In this document: in pieces, positions 25,503-60,700 of the stretch
Position numbering within the stretch: the stretch's first letter is position 1
Layout of the letters: each line of letters opens with the position of its first letter
Assembly (NCBI GenBank): GCA_040954595.2
Contig: CM082577.2
Span: forward strand, 8,581,846-8,645,845
Direction of reading: 5' to 3'
Length of the DNA stretch: 64,000 nt
Source: Balanoglossus misakiensis
Taxonomy: Eukaryota; Animalia; Hemichordata
The notes under the pieces: model-generated
What the model was told of the DNA's origin: nothing
What the model saw: the letters and a program-made list of their open reading frames with translations, nothing else
The model's database searches: none
Translations under genes and position numbers: made by a program

Positions 25503-26131
25503 CGTGGAAGATCAATCAACTACATACACATCTGAGGTGAAAAAAACACAACAGCATTTTTACTGGAACTAGCTATTGTTGCTTTTTATTGTTTGTGTTG
25601 TTAGCAGTTGATAATTTTGAAAAACAATTTCAATCATATACATGTAATGCCATTGCAGATATTAAACAAAAACACCATTGGGCTTCAAGCTTCTAAGTTC
25701 TCTATGAGTACTTTAAAACTACATAGGTGCATATACTACATACCCACTCACTTACCTGGAAGAGTATGGCATTTGATGTTGTATTCTTTGTAAATTTCCA
25801 TGGTATTTCATATCAATGGAAGGCAATTTGCAATGACAACATTATTACAGCTACAAGTTCAGAGCTATGTTCTTCCATTCCATTGGCTAAGCAATAACTT
25901 GACTTATTATAAAAGCAATCTTGCATTCTGAAAGTTCATCGAAAAGTACAGCATAATTTTCTGTAAGAAAGTAAGGCGAAAACTTACATTTTTTTCACCT
26001 TGTGTTTCAGTACTGATCCAAAGTATCTGACAAGATCGAACGATGTACCAATGCCACTATACCACGTCTTTTGCAACATGTACCCCACACAACTCTAACA
26101 TGCAACCAGTGTTTTGATTCCACTTTACTAT

Positions 26132-26188
26132 CACGTGGTTGGCCAGTCAACCTTTGACCCCGATCAAGCACCTCGCGACCCTTGACCC
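26132..26188. promoter_or_regulatory. E-box plus two DR1-like nuclear-receptor elements in the endonuclease IV/GST divergent promoter
   Basis: CACGTG 26132-26137; CAACCT-T-TGACCC 26148-26160; CGACCC-T-TGACCC 26176-26188. Confidence 0.35.
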
Positions 26189-26203
26189 TGTTATCTGTGG
26201 ACT

Positions 26204-29200
26204 ATGGCTTCACGTCGATCAGTTTCTTCTCTCGCAGGTAAAATGTTGCAGTTCATCGGAGCCGAGCTTTCTCCGTATACGGCTAAAGTGAGAGGATATC
26301 TTCGCTATAAGAAGATACCGTTCGAACCTGTCCTTTGCACTCTTGAGGTAGGCAACCACAGGCATTTAACAATGACCACGCCCCCATGCGATAAAATCGA
26401 ACTTCAGTTGACACACATTCAGAGAGCTCACAGTGACTCCGACACTGATTAAAACTGACTCAAAAATTCAAAAGGACGTTTGAGACTTAAACATTATAAT
26501 TAATTTGCGAAATAAGTGACAAACTGTTATGATTATTTGTGTTTAATCAGTACACCATGTAAAACAAACTTGTTGTTGTTAGAAATTGTGCACAGACTAG
26601 TAAAGTTTGTTGTGGAGCTTCATCTTTACACACGCACATACAATATCCTCAACACTCTTCTCACAGGAGATAATGTCATTGCATATCAGCATAACCTTTT
26701 TTCCCCATTTAAGACAAAAATGTATACTATTGGATTTATTTGACAGGTGATGAAAAAGTTTGTCAAACCTAGGATAGGATGGAGTGTTGTACCAGTTGTG
26801 GTGACTCCAGAAAACGAAACTCTACAGGATTCTACTGTCATCATCAATACTTTAGAAACGCACTACCCAGAACCATCTATCCACCCCAAAACTCCCAAAC
26901 AAAAACTGGTCAGTCTTCTCCTAGAGATGTATGCTGATGAGTGGTTGTTTGTCACAGCTATGAATTACAGGTACTGTATAATTAAAGAAAAAGACTTTAT
27001 GTTGGATTTTATAATCATAATAAAGGTATTGATACCCAAAGTTTCGTTTTTTCATCAAGACCAATGAAGGTGTGCAAAAAAGTAAGGTTTTTTGTGTCAG
27101 TGTGAATTTAAATTCAAATCAATTGCCTTGGATGATAAAAAAATCATGATTTAATGATTTATTATTTTTTCTCAACCATGAATCACTTGACATCTGCTGA
27201 AATATAGAGTTTTATAGGTTAAGTATTCTGACAAACTACCATCATCAACAGGTGGCAGTATCCTTCATCAAATAAGATGTTTTTACAACAAGAATTTGGC
27301 AAAGCTTCCTTCGTCCTTGATTCAGCCGAAGAACAACGGAAGAAAGGAGAAAGGGTCTGCTCTCGGTTTGGATCTGGTTGTCAGTTCCTCGGTGAATATA
27401 TTATACATATTTTATTTTCAGTCTCAAAAGTAAAGAAACCAATTTGCTGTAAAATTGTCCAAACAGATCTTGAAAATCTCAGAGAATTTCTGTAATTCCT
27501 ATATCGATGATTTCTTATTTTTATTTTTCATGTCTTTTCCTTTTGCAGGCATTGATGAGAATACTAAGCCAGAGTTTGAGAAAGGATATCTGGAAATACT
27601 AGATATTCTGAGCGCCCACTTTGACAAATATCCATATCTCTTAGGATATAAGCCATCCATTGGGGATTTTGCCATATTTGGTCAATTGTACGCCATGTTT
27701 TTCAGAGATCCAGAACCAGGTAATCCTGCAACCGTACTCTTTGGCTATTATTTTTTCAGTATTTTTCTCCCCTACATCAGCTCTGGTTTCTTGTTTTGTC
27801 CAACCTGATGAAAATCAGATGTGTGGTTGGTTTGATCTTTACATATGTTTTTTTTTTCTGTTCTGTTCTTAGATGTCTGCCATACTGTGTAGTAATGCCA
27901 GTAATTTTAATATAAAATTACATATCAGGTTTTAATGTTAAGACTACCCATAGTATCTGTGCTCAACTTCATCCAATTCAAACAAGAACTGTGTATGACC
28001 TTCCAAGCTATTTGATGAGTGTCTTTCGAGAAGCCTGTTGAATCATCCAAACAGCAGGTTTTTTAGACATGTATATGCCATATCAACAGTTCAGACCATT
28101 CAAAAATGTTCTAATCAGACCACGAAATTGGCCCCTTCTAAACTCTTCCACCTCCCCAGGTCTGATAATGAAATCCAGGGCTCCTGTAGTTGCTGCATGG
28201 GTGGAAAACATGAACTACTTCACCATGGAGTCCAGACAGCATTTGCATACAGTGAAGGACGGGAAACTGGAGAAAGTGGTACCGCCCCCAGAGCAGACGG
28301 ATTTCCTGCCAGGTGATCAGATCCCGGAGACCCTGCTTCCACTTCTCAAGAAAGTCTTCCAGGAGCAAGGACCAGTGCTGATAGAGACTGCCAAACAGTT
28401 GACCCAGTACCTCAAGGTATCGAAATTTGTATCTGAAAAAAAAAAATTGTAGCCAAATTAAACTATATTCACACATTTTCTTGTATAAATTTTTAGAAAT
28501 TCAGTTAAATTTCGGAATTGAGTCAGATTATGTGTGTAAAATTCATGGAAATTTATTCTTTCTGACAAAATTTCAAATGCGAAAATTTTTTTCCTTAAAA
28601 TATCTACTGGCATAAAATTTAAATTTTAAACTAAGAGTTTGATTATTTTATACATGGGCACACAGCTAATTAAATTTTGTTCACTGTAGTATTTTGAATG
28701 ACAAGATGCGATGTAAACGTGAGCCTTCACTGAAGGCAGATCACCTTTCCCCGTTGCCATGGTTTGTACATTGTGTAAATCATCTTTTTTTTACTATCAA
28801 GGTCATGGTCAAGTGGGTGGCACTGACTGTGCGGCATCCTGTGTGTGATCAGGCGTTCTAATCCAGTGTGGCATGACCGTATTATTCTCGCGCATTAAAG
28901 CCTTAGCTATAACCAGGGGTCAATATCGATTTATTGCAGGAAAATCCAGACGAAGACGACGTTCCCAGAACCATCGGTGGTCACACTTTCCAGATCGGCA
29001 ACGTGACAGGCAACAGGGGCGTATTCCCCTACTGCATCTGGATGCTGCAGGGAGTGGCGGATTTCTATCGCGGATTGCCCGCCCAGGAAAAGACGAGTGT
29101 GGATGAGTTCCTTGGACAGTTCAGTGGTGCTAAGGACGTGGTTCAGACCGATCTCAGTCAGTGTAGAGTTGCGAGGAAAAATGTTCATGTTTGCAGAGCG

Positions 29201-29224
29201 CCCTCAACGTCGTCCAAATTGTAG
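26204..29224 (+). CDS. Glutathione S-transferase-fold protein with C-terminal PTS1 (-SKL). Exons 26204-26347, 26747-26970, 27252-27391, 27549-27719, 28160-28416, 28940-29224
   Basis: GST N-domain (LSPYTAKVRGYLRYKKIPF, VVPVV, LQDSTVIINTLE) and C-domain N-cap (YLLGYKPSIGDFAIFG). Six exons join in frame and the protein ends ...STSSKL*. Confidence 0.85.
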
Positions 29225-30940
29225 CGGTCACATGATGTGGCAGCCTGACGCTGTGTTGTACCAGGGATTTACTATAATAGTACTTTTAATGCTATTAAAT
29301 TAGCCTGGTCTGCATACATTACCAGTGGGGTGATTGTATTCAAATTAAAAAAAAGAAGAGATAGTTTGCGGATTATCAAATATTAAGAGAGGTGTTAATA
29401 TGACATTGCAAGGTGTATATCACTGACTCTGCAGAGCGTACATGGATGATAAGAATAAATTGCAGTAATACTGAGAGATTTAGAGATTTGCTGCATTTTA
29501 CTGTTCTGCGGAGAGTTATAACAAGTCACTGCTTTGCATCACTATAAAAGGATTAGAACTTTGTATTTACATTGCACGGCGGCATCTTTTGCCACTGCGC
29601 ACAAAAAATGGCAATAAAACAAAATCGCGTCATTAAATCATTTTGTGTAACACTAAGTGAGAGATTCTTGTGTTGTTGCAGTCACGCATTTTTTCAGAGC
29701 TATAATTTATCGAGTGAGTAAATTTGTACTTGGCAAGCTTTCCATGCAGGTCAAGGCTCTGGTGCTCAGCCCTGTTTGTCTCCAATTCCCAATTGTGCAC
29801 ACTTGATTAAATTACATTTGCCTGTCTGGTGGTGATACCCGCAGTCACTGGGCACTGTTCGATATATGCAGGTGAACGGGTTCGAGGAATTCAGTCCAGC
29901 TTTCATATGCTGAACCAAGGGAAATGTGGAAGTCAGCAAAGTCTAACAAAATATTCAGTCTTCACAGATTTGTCTTTTTTTTCTCACATGGATGAATATA
30001 AATGCCTGAGCTGTCACCCTGTATGACCCAATATAACAGTCACAAACAAGTGTCACCTTTTAAACTCCTGGCCCAGTAGACTGTCTGTGAATAGCCATTG
30101 TGCACAACAATGGAATTATTTGATTCATTGCATACATGTATATTTTAAGAAATTCCAGTAGCACAATGATTATATATGGTGAATAATGAGAGATTGCCTT
30201 TGGGGATTTGATATAAAGTGGCAAACATTCCACGCTTTGTTTATAAGAATCAACTAAGGGGAACACTTTCCTTTTTTTTATTTTTCACCTTGATGAGTCA
30301 CTTATAAAATAAAAAGACAACATAAGAGAATTGTGAAATATAATGCCAGAATCACTAGGAACGTTGAAATATAAATAGCAAAATTAAGTTATGCTTTATA
30401 TTTTGAAATATCAAGTATTGCCGGTGTAGTTCATTTCATCCATTTCTGTGATTTCCAATGTTTTCCCAGATGATGTCTTGTCCCAGCTGTCGGAAGTACG
30501 TCGACCTCAAATGTACTGTATAAAGTGTCCCACAGTAATGTGTTCACCTGTGCATAAAAAAAAGTGAAAGTTGAAACTTTCATTATGTAATCTGAGACAA
30601 AATTCGTCCTGGCCAAGATTGCAATGTTTTCTTTTGCATGTAATTCCCTAATAACATTGTGTTAAACTTTTTCTGTCTGTTTTTGTTTTTGTTTTTGTTT
30701 TTTCTCCTGCAAGTAACTTTTAACAATCTAAGGAAGTAAGTTTCTCGGTCAAATTGCTCCGCGCAGCGCAGAAACGCACACTTTACGTGAACGAAAACCC
30801 CAGCGCAGGGATACGGAAGTTTCACTCAGTCGCCAAGCCCTACTTTCGAACTATTTTATGACGTAAAGTGGGAGCCGCCATTGTATGTACTGTATGTGCT
30901 GTGTAGGTTGACCCGAAGCAGCAAAGCAGTTGCTGGGGAA

Positions 30941-54060
<23,120 letters not shown>

Positions 54061-56283
54061 ACGAACAGAGTACCAACAGTTCAATCAGTGGACTGAAGAA
54101 AATCCAAACAACCAGACACGCAATGTACAACCAGGCAGCGACTGAAAAATAAACTGCATCCGGATGCTTCAGAGCCCGGAGTGGTTATGTTGGACATGGA
54201 GAGGTTGTTCCTGTACGACGACAAAAAGGTGTTTGAACTTTGCAGAAATACATCATCCCGGAGTGGAACATAGAACTTTGTACATAGATTTTTTTAAAAG
54301 TTAATTTTGAAGAGAAAATGACTTTGCCTACTAACCGTATGTATCAAAGATCGAAACTTTTATTTATTTGTAATAATTGCAAGTAAGACAGGTGGATCAA
54401 CAGGCCTGTTTATTCTGAACTTTGAACTCTGCATCTCTGCCTGTGTGTGTGGCTTCTGTAGTCTGTCTCTCACTTTGACTCTGGTAGTTTTGCACTGTAT
54501 GCCACGCTGCTCCCTCCCCCTCCCCTGGATGCCAGATTTGACTCGGTGCCAGTGTCAAGAGTCTGCAAAGGGAAAGGTATGCCTGGACGTTCTGTTCCAT
54601 CATGGAGTAAAGGATTCATAAGTGACTGCAATGATGGCCCACTGGCTGTGTGAAAATTCAGCGAATGTGCTGCTATGATTCTTGGGGTGTCACTGTCAGT
54701 CAGAACTTGAAACTACGGTCACTTGGACATTGTACACCGTTGTCTGTGAAGATTGGTAGTAGATACTGAAGAACCACTGTGCTGATAGACGCAGACCAGC
54801 GAATGGAACTCGGTTTGGGAGGAGCCTTATTCATTTTTAAATTAATACTCAAGAATCTTCCTGGATTTTTAGAGCCAGAAAAATCAACCCAGTGACGTCA
54901 AGTTACCTCTGCAGAAACCTATCATCTTGAAGGAGAAATCTTTGCCTTGAATTAACCATGCACTGTAAATTTTCTTAAACCCTGTATAAACTTCAGGCTA
55001 GTTTTCTTTCGAAAATTGCATGTTCAGTTCCATTTTTGCAAATTGAAATTTCAATCCTTGCCAAAGGCTAATACAGTCTAGCAGCTAGCCTTTGCACTTT
55101 CACCATCTGCGGCTAATGCCTTCAGCTAGCCAGCAAAAAAACAAAAAAACTTCATCATGCTAGAAGTGACTGAAATATTATATTTGAACCTGTCGACGTT
55201 CTTATGTTATCGTGTCCGAAAAAATACATCAGCATGTGATGCTTATACAAGCTGAAGAATTTTTTTTTAGCATCTTTGCAACGCAAAGAGTAAACTAAAA
55301 GGGAACATTATGATTCAGATCCCTCCTTCATTGGGATTCTAAAATTAGATTTTTAAAAAGATATTGTCACTAGTTGTCTCTCAGGTGTTTTTATGTACAA
55401 TGCAAGAGATGCTGACTGAAGATTGAGGAGAGAAAACTGTAGAAACGCAGTGACAATGAAATTGTGACTAGGTGGTCTCAGATGAGACACAAGATTGTTA
55501 CATCAGTTTTTTTTTATAAACTTTACAGGGGGTGTTCACAGAAAAGGTTCTACTTAATTCTTGATTTTCTCATTTTTTTAGGAACAAAAGCTGCTTTTTA
55601 ATGCAGTTTTGAACAAGATACAGATAAAAGTTACTCGTGATTTTGCTAGTTATCGAAAAAAAAAAATCCATAACTGGGAACACTTACTTGCTGTTCTCAA
55701 GAGTGCCTGTTTTATGAGGAACACCAGAGAAAAAGTAGCGAATTTACTAAGCAGACTGCATTCAGTTTTCTACCGCAAGTTTCAAATCAGTGGTTTTTCT
55801 CCAAAATTGATTATATAAATTGAAAAGTGTATCATGTTAGTCATTATATCAACAAGACATTTGCCTTCCTCATTAGGAATTTTCCTGATTTAAAGGTGAC
55901 TCTCCCCCACCCCTGACATTTTTGTTGGCGTTTTTACGAGAAGAAAAATATTCAGTCTTGTATACACAGAAGTATGGCAGAGTAAAAATGTGTTTCAGAC
56001 AGACATCATATTGTGAATAAGTATGCCCTTGTAGGCCTTCCAGAGTCAGGATTGTAAAATAGAAAATTCCACTGTATAAACTTGTATGTGAGCCTTCCCC
56101 CCTCGTATACAACAAAATTTTCTGTGGCTTCAAAAGGGATGAAATATTCTTACTTCCCAAATGAGATTTCAGTTGTCTTTCACATGAATTGCAGAAAAGC
56201 CATAGGTCTTGCTGTGATATGTGCAAAGCTAGCATTTGAATCTGTTGCAGATTTGAAGGGCAAGTTGCAGGGTTGCCTCCGTC

Positions 56284-56460
56284 TTGCTGTGATGAAAGCT
56301 GGTATTTGGTTGGCTACTGCAGAATCGTGAGCCAATTGCAGGCAGGCATGTGTCTCGCTGGGATGAAAGCTCACATTCTATTGGCTACTGCTTTGCATTA
56401 TGAGCCAATTGCGCAAAAGCATGTATCTTGCGGCAATGAATGCTTTCAGTTGATTGGCCA
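56284..56460 (+). repeat. Degenerate ~72-bp tandem repeat downstream of the SMURF stop (probable 3'UTR)
   Basis: GATGAAAGCT...TTGGCTACTGC...TGAGCCAATTGC...GCATGT recurs ~2.5 times. Confidence 0.7.
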
Positions 56461-57088
56461 CTGGAATTTTTGTCATTTAACGTGGTCAGGTGAAACTATG
56501 AAAATATTTTTTTGGTATAGATATGATTTGCTGTACAAATGAATTTTAAATTGCACATCAATTTTGATTTATATAGAAAAGAAGTTATAAGTTGTATGTG
56601 AGTACACTATGTCTTGTATTCTTTATTTTCTTGTCTGACCTATAAGTTTTACAGATTGTAATCTTCACTGCTCAGCACTTTTCAGCATTATTTGCTTAAT
56701 GTATGACAAAGATAATAAATTGTCCATTTTGTACATACATTCGTTGGAAATGCGTTGAAGTGGTATATTACATCAGTGGTATGGACGGCTCTTGTCATGT
56801 CAGGGAACAATCCGTGGGCTGAAGGTGCCAAAATGATGATGAAAATATGGTTTGAGGGGGCAATTATTGGCAGTTTTAGTTTCTCCAGAAATTAGTTTGA
56901 AGGCGCCCGTGGTTTATGAAGCGTGAAAAAAACTGACAACTCTTATCATCTGGGAAATTGTTGTCATATTGTATTGTCCATAATAGATTTTCATAAAATA
57001 GAGAGTCGCATTTCATTCATCCAAAAGACGTACTGTACAGTACAAGGCAGACAAGTGAAGTTCATTCTGATTTTAGATTTGTAAAAAG

Positions 57089-57276
57089 TGGTGGACCGTT
57101 CCCGGAGGTACTGCAATACCGGGTCGATCCGTGGCCAGGACGGAGCAAGCCCCTATTCCATGGCCCGTTTCCAAAAATCAGTTTAATATCGAGCTGCTCG
57201 GTGAGCAGCGTATCAGATATTAAGCTGATAAGAACAGATACTACACATGATCTTAGCCAAAAGGCCGAGAAGCGAT
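57089..57276 (-). ncRNA. RNU2: U2 spliceosomal snRNA
   Basis: The minus strand reads ATCGCTTCTCGGCCTTTTGGCTAAGATCATGTGTAGTATCTGTTCTT. It has the branch-recognition GUAGUA, stems IIa/IIb, Sm site AUUUUUG and loop IV AUUGCAGUA. The 3' end is approximate. Confidence 0.98.
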
Positions 57277-57520
57277 AACTGATCTGCCGCTCGAGAGATC
57301 CGACCATATCCAGCGACACAAAACTCTATCTACGGTTTCAGGCGATACAGTTTCCACCGTACCTCCCAATGTCATATATCATGAATGCTAGAGTACTGAA
57401 CAGCAAAATACGAATGGTATGGGAAGAATTAAAATTGGCGAAATATGTATGTTCCGTGAGAGATGACATAATTTCTCATTTTTCTACTAAAACGTCACAC
57501 TGGTGCATTTTTTCGCCCAT

Positions 57521-57528
57521 ATGCAAAT
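57521..57528. promoter_or_regulatory. Octamer (distal sequence element) of the U2 gene
   Basis: Perfect ATGCAAAT ~245 bp upstream of U2 +1, the canonical DSE distance. Confidence 0.65.
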
Positions 57529-57717
57529 TTACTGATCGACACTGACGTTGATGGCGCTGTTTGTAATGGCGATGCTGTGTTTTTGCGTGTAATACACTGA
57601 CACCAAATAACCAGGCACTAACACGTTTGCCGAGTGCTACCACCCTGCACCCGGGGAGAGCACCGAGTGTAACATGTAATCCCAAGAGTTCTTAAATTTG
57701 TGGTGCTGCATGTTGGA

Positions 57718-60700
57718 ATGGAACACATCAAAATTGACGTGGTGAGTGTGTGACAATCCACAATCGAATGTGTGTAACTGTAATGTAAGTTGTAACATCT
57801 GCAAGCAGTTCTAACTGATTGATCGTGAGACGTTTATCGTCGTTTAAACACAATTCAAGCAAATACATGTATATGGTTTTATGTGTCTTCACTGTGGGGT
57901 CAATCCGGGTCACCAGGAGTTTTGCTACTGACCGCCATGGGACCTTCGACAGTGCCATGTGTGAGCGCCCGCACACGGTCGTCACGCCACCATGCACTAG
58001 TGACCAGAAATTGATGGGCATATTTGACTGACCACTTTTCCCAATTGTCTGCCTGTAGTCAATAATTTTACCTGTGCACAATGCTGAGAAGTGGCTGGAC
58101 GAGTGCCTTGAGTCCATTCTTCATCAAACAGACAGTTTCCCTGGTAACCTAGAGTTGTCTGCATTCAATGATGCTAGCTCTGTAAGTATGGATTAAAGTT
58201 CTCTACTGTATGCAATATTTGTCATCAGTGAATGTCAGTCCTTGCATATAAAACCTCAGAGATCTAGTATTATTCAACGTGAGCACCAAATTTATACTTC
58301 TGTGATATCCTTTGTCAAATTTTATGTTTTTGCATACATTTTAGGTTGGAATTTTGTTGTTGTATTGATTAAAGCTGAACAATCATGGGTCTCTTTTCAT
58401 TGAGTTATAAAATAACGAATTTTAATACAAGTCATGAGTTGTCAATTATATGTTGTTTTTTTTCCAAAGAATATAGGCATTACACTGCATTTAATTTACT
58501 GTCTTGGTTTGGTTTCTTTGGATTTTTAGGATAATTCATTGAACATTTTAAAACGATGGACAGCAAAACTTGAGGCTGCTGGTATATCCGTTGTGATTGG
58601 TGGCCATAGTAACCCCAAACCTGGTGGAGGTATGGTAAATTTCCTTTGCCTGTGCTTTTTTTTGTACGGAACAGTTGAGGGCGCCATACATGTAGCATTA
58701 CTCTAGCCTTGCAAGAAGAGCTCTATCTCACTTCCTTCCCGAATTCATAATTCTGTTTGATTAGGTATAGAATTGACTTCATTTGGAAATTTGCTGTTGA
58801 TTTTTTCTGTTGATTTCAGTGGGATTTGCAAAGAATCAGGGAGTAGCCCAAAGTCGTGGCGAGTACCTATGTTTTCAGGATGCAGTAAGTCTAAAGTTCT
58901 GACCACTCAGTTAAGAAGAACACAAATGCGTGTTTCTCCAAATTATGAACATTTTTTCTTCTCATTTTCTGGTTGGATAGATTCATAGTTTGATGGTGTA
59001 TAGCGGAGGACAGCAATGTGATTTTTGTGTGTGATCATCTGAAGTCAAAGAATCCAGGAATGATACCTTGGAAAAGTAAATGCTTAGGATCAGCTTGTAT
59101 CCGATGTTCATCAGTATAATAGGGCAGTTAACTTACCTCTAATGTAGATGTTCCTTTTCCTTCAATAGTTAAATATATTTTTGTTTGTCTGTCTGTTTAT
59201 CAGGATGATGTGATGGGAAAGGAAAGGATTAGACTACAGCATGATGCAGCCAAAGAACATCCAAACTCAGTGAGTTAATTTTAATCTCACACATATCCCC
59301 CAGGGACTTGGTGTTTAACTACAGATGTTGAATGCAGGAAACATTTGTTTCAGTGGATGTGTGGTACAATATTTGAGTAATCATGCAGCACATGAAAAAT
59401 AATGACAGTTATACAGGTATTTGATTTGAAGATCTAGAATGTTGGAAATTGTGATGGTAAACAGCCTGCTAACTCCAGCTAGGCAAATTGTCTTATGACA
59501 GGATAGGGTAAACTATATATATCATAATTATTTAATACTGGTACAATCTTTTTTCTTTATTAGATCATAGGATGCTGTTTCAACCGCTACCCTGCAGATT
59601 CTACACAGAGATACACAAAATGGTGCAATTCGTTATCAAGTGTACAACTTGTCACTCAGGTATTTCGATCAACTTGTTTGCCACAGTTTCAACAGATGAT
59701 GGTTATTTTTTTTTTCAATTCTGATAATTGCGTTCTCTTGAGTGTCGTGCAATAACTTGGATAAACATAATGTTCACTTTCTCTAGGTATATACTTCCCA
59801 TGGTCCCACAGTTATCATGCCAACATGGTTCTGTTCCCGCCAAGTCTTTGACAAAGTCGGCAGCTTCAACCAAGGGGGAAAGGTAAGAGGATATGGTATT
59901 GCAAAGACAAGGATGAAATACTATGTGGAGAAACTGCATCTTTCATGAAGAGAGGTATAGGCAGGCAGGGGCAAACTTGATTGACTATTGTAATGTAAAC
60001 ACCTATAATATAATGTGTCTATAATGGTAGTATAATGCGTGATGAATGAGACACAGTTACCATGTGCAGCTGGGTGCTTGTAATCTGTATCTCCTGTGCA
60101 TCATGTCTTCTGTGTACATTGGTGTAATCGCGCTGCTTGTCTATATGTTCTAGGGAGTACCTGAGGATTTATTATTTTTCTTTGAACACTTGAAACGAGG
60201 CGGTGGTGTACACAGGGTTGATCAGTGTCTCCTGATGTACAGATATCACCCTGAAGCTGCCACTCATTCTGTCCACAGGTGAGAAAATATCATGTCATTT
60301 TAATGCTTAAAAATTCAAGAAGAAAATCACCTGTACGGTCTCTGCAAAGTGATGTTGGTTAATTGAATCCAGTATCAAAAGTACACGAGATGGTCCCAAT
60401 AATAATACTGTGACAAATCAAGTTTGTTTTTTTCTTCTGCAGTGAAACTATCTGGAACATCCGTGTTGACACAATCCAGGAAATCGTTCTCAGCCAGTGG
60501 AAGACCTTCACAATATGGAATGCTGGGAAAGAAGGGAGGAGGTTCTACCGGAGTCTGGCCCTGGAAAATCAGAAAAAAGTAGGTGTCACCAAGTTCTGAC
60601 CTGTTTCAGATGATGATGACACAGCTGTTGTGTTTTGTGTGGACAAATTCGATGAGCTTTAAGGTGGTCAGTGCTAAGTAACGGTACCTGTCCATACCTC

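Noticed and set aside
57062-57319. 85-aa ORF on the minus strand
   Set aside because: Spurious translation across the U2 snRNA gene.
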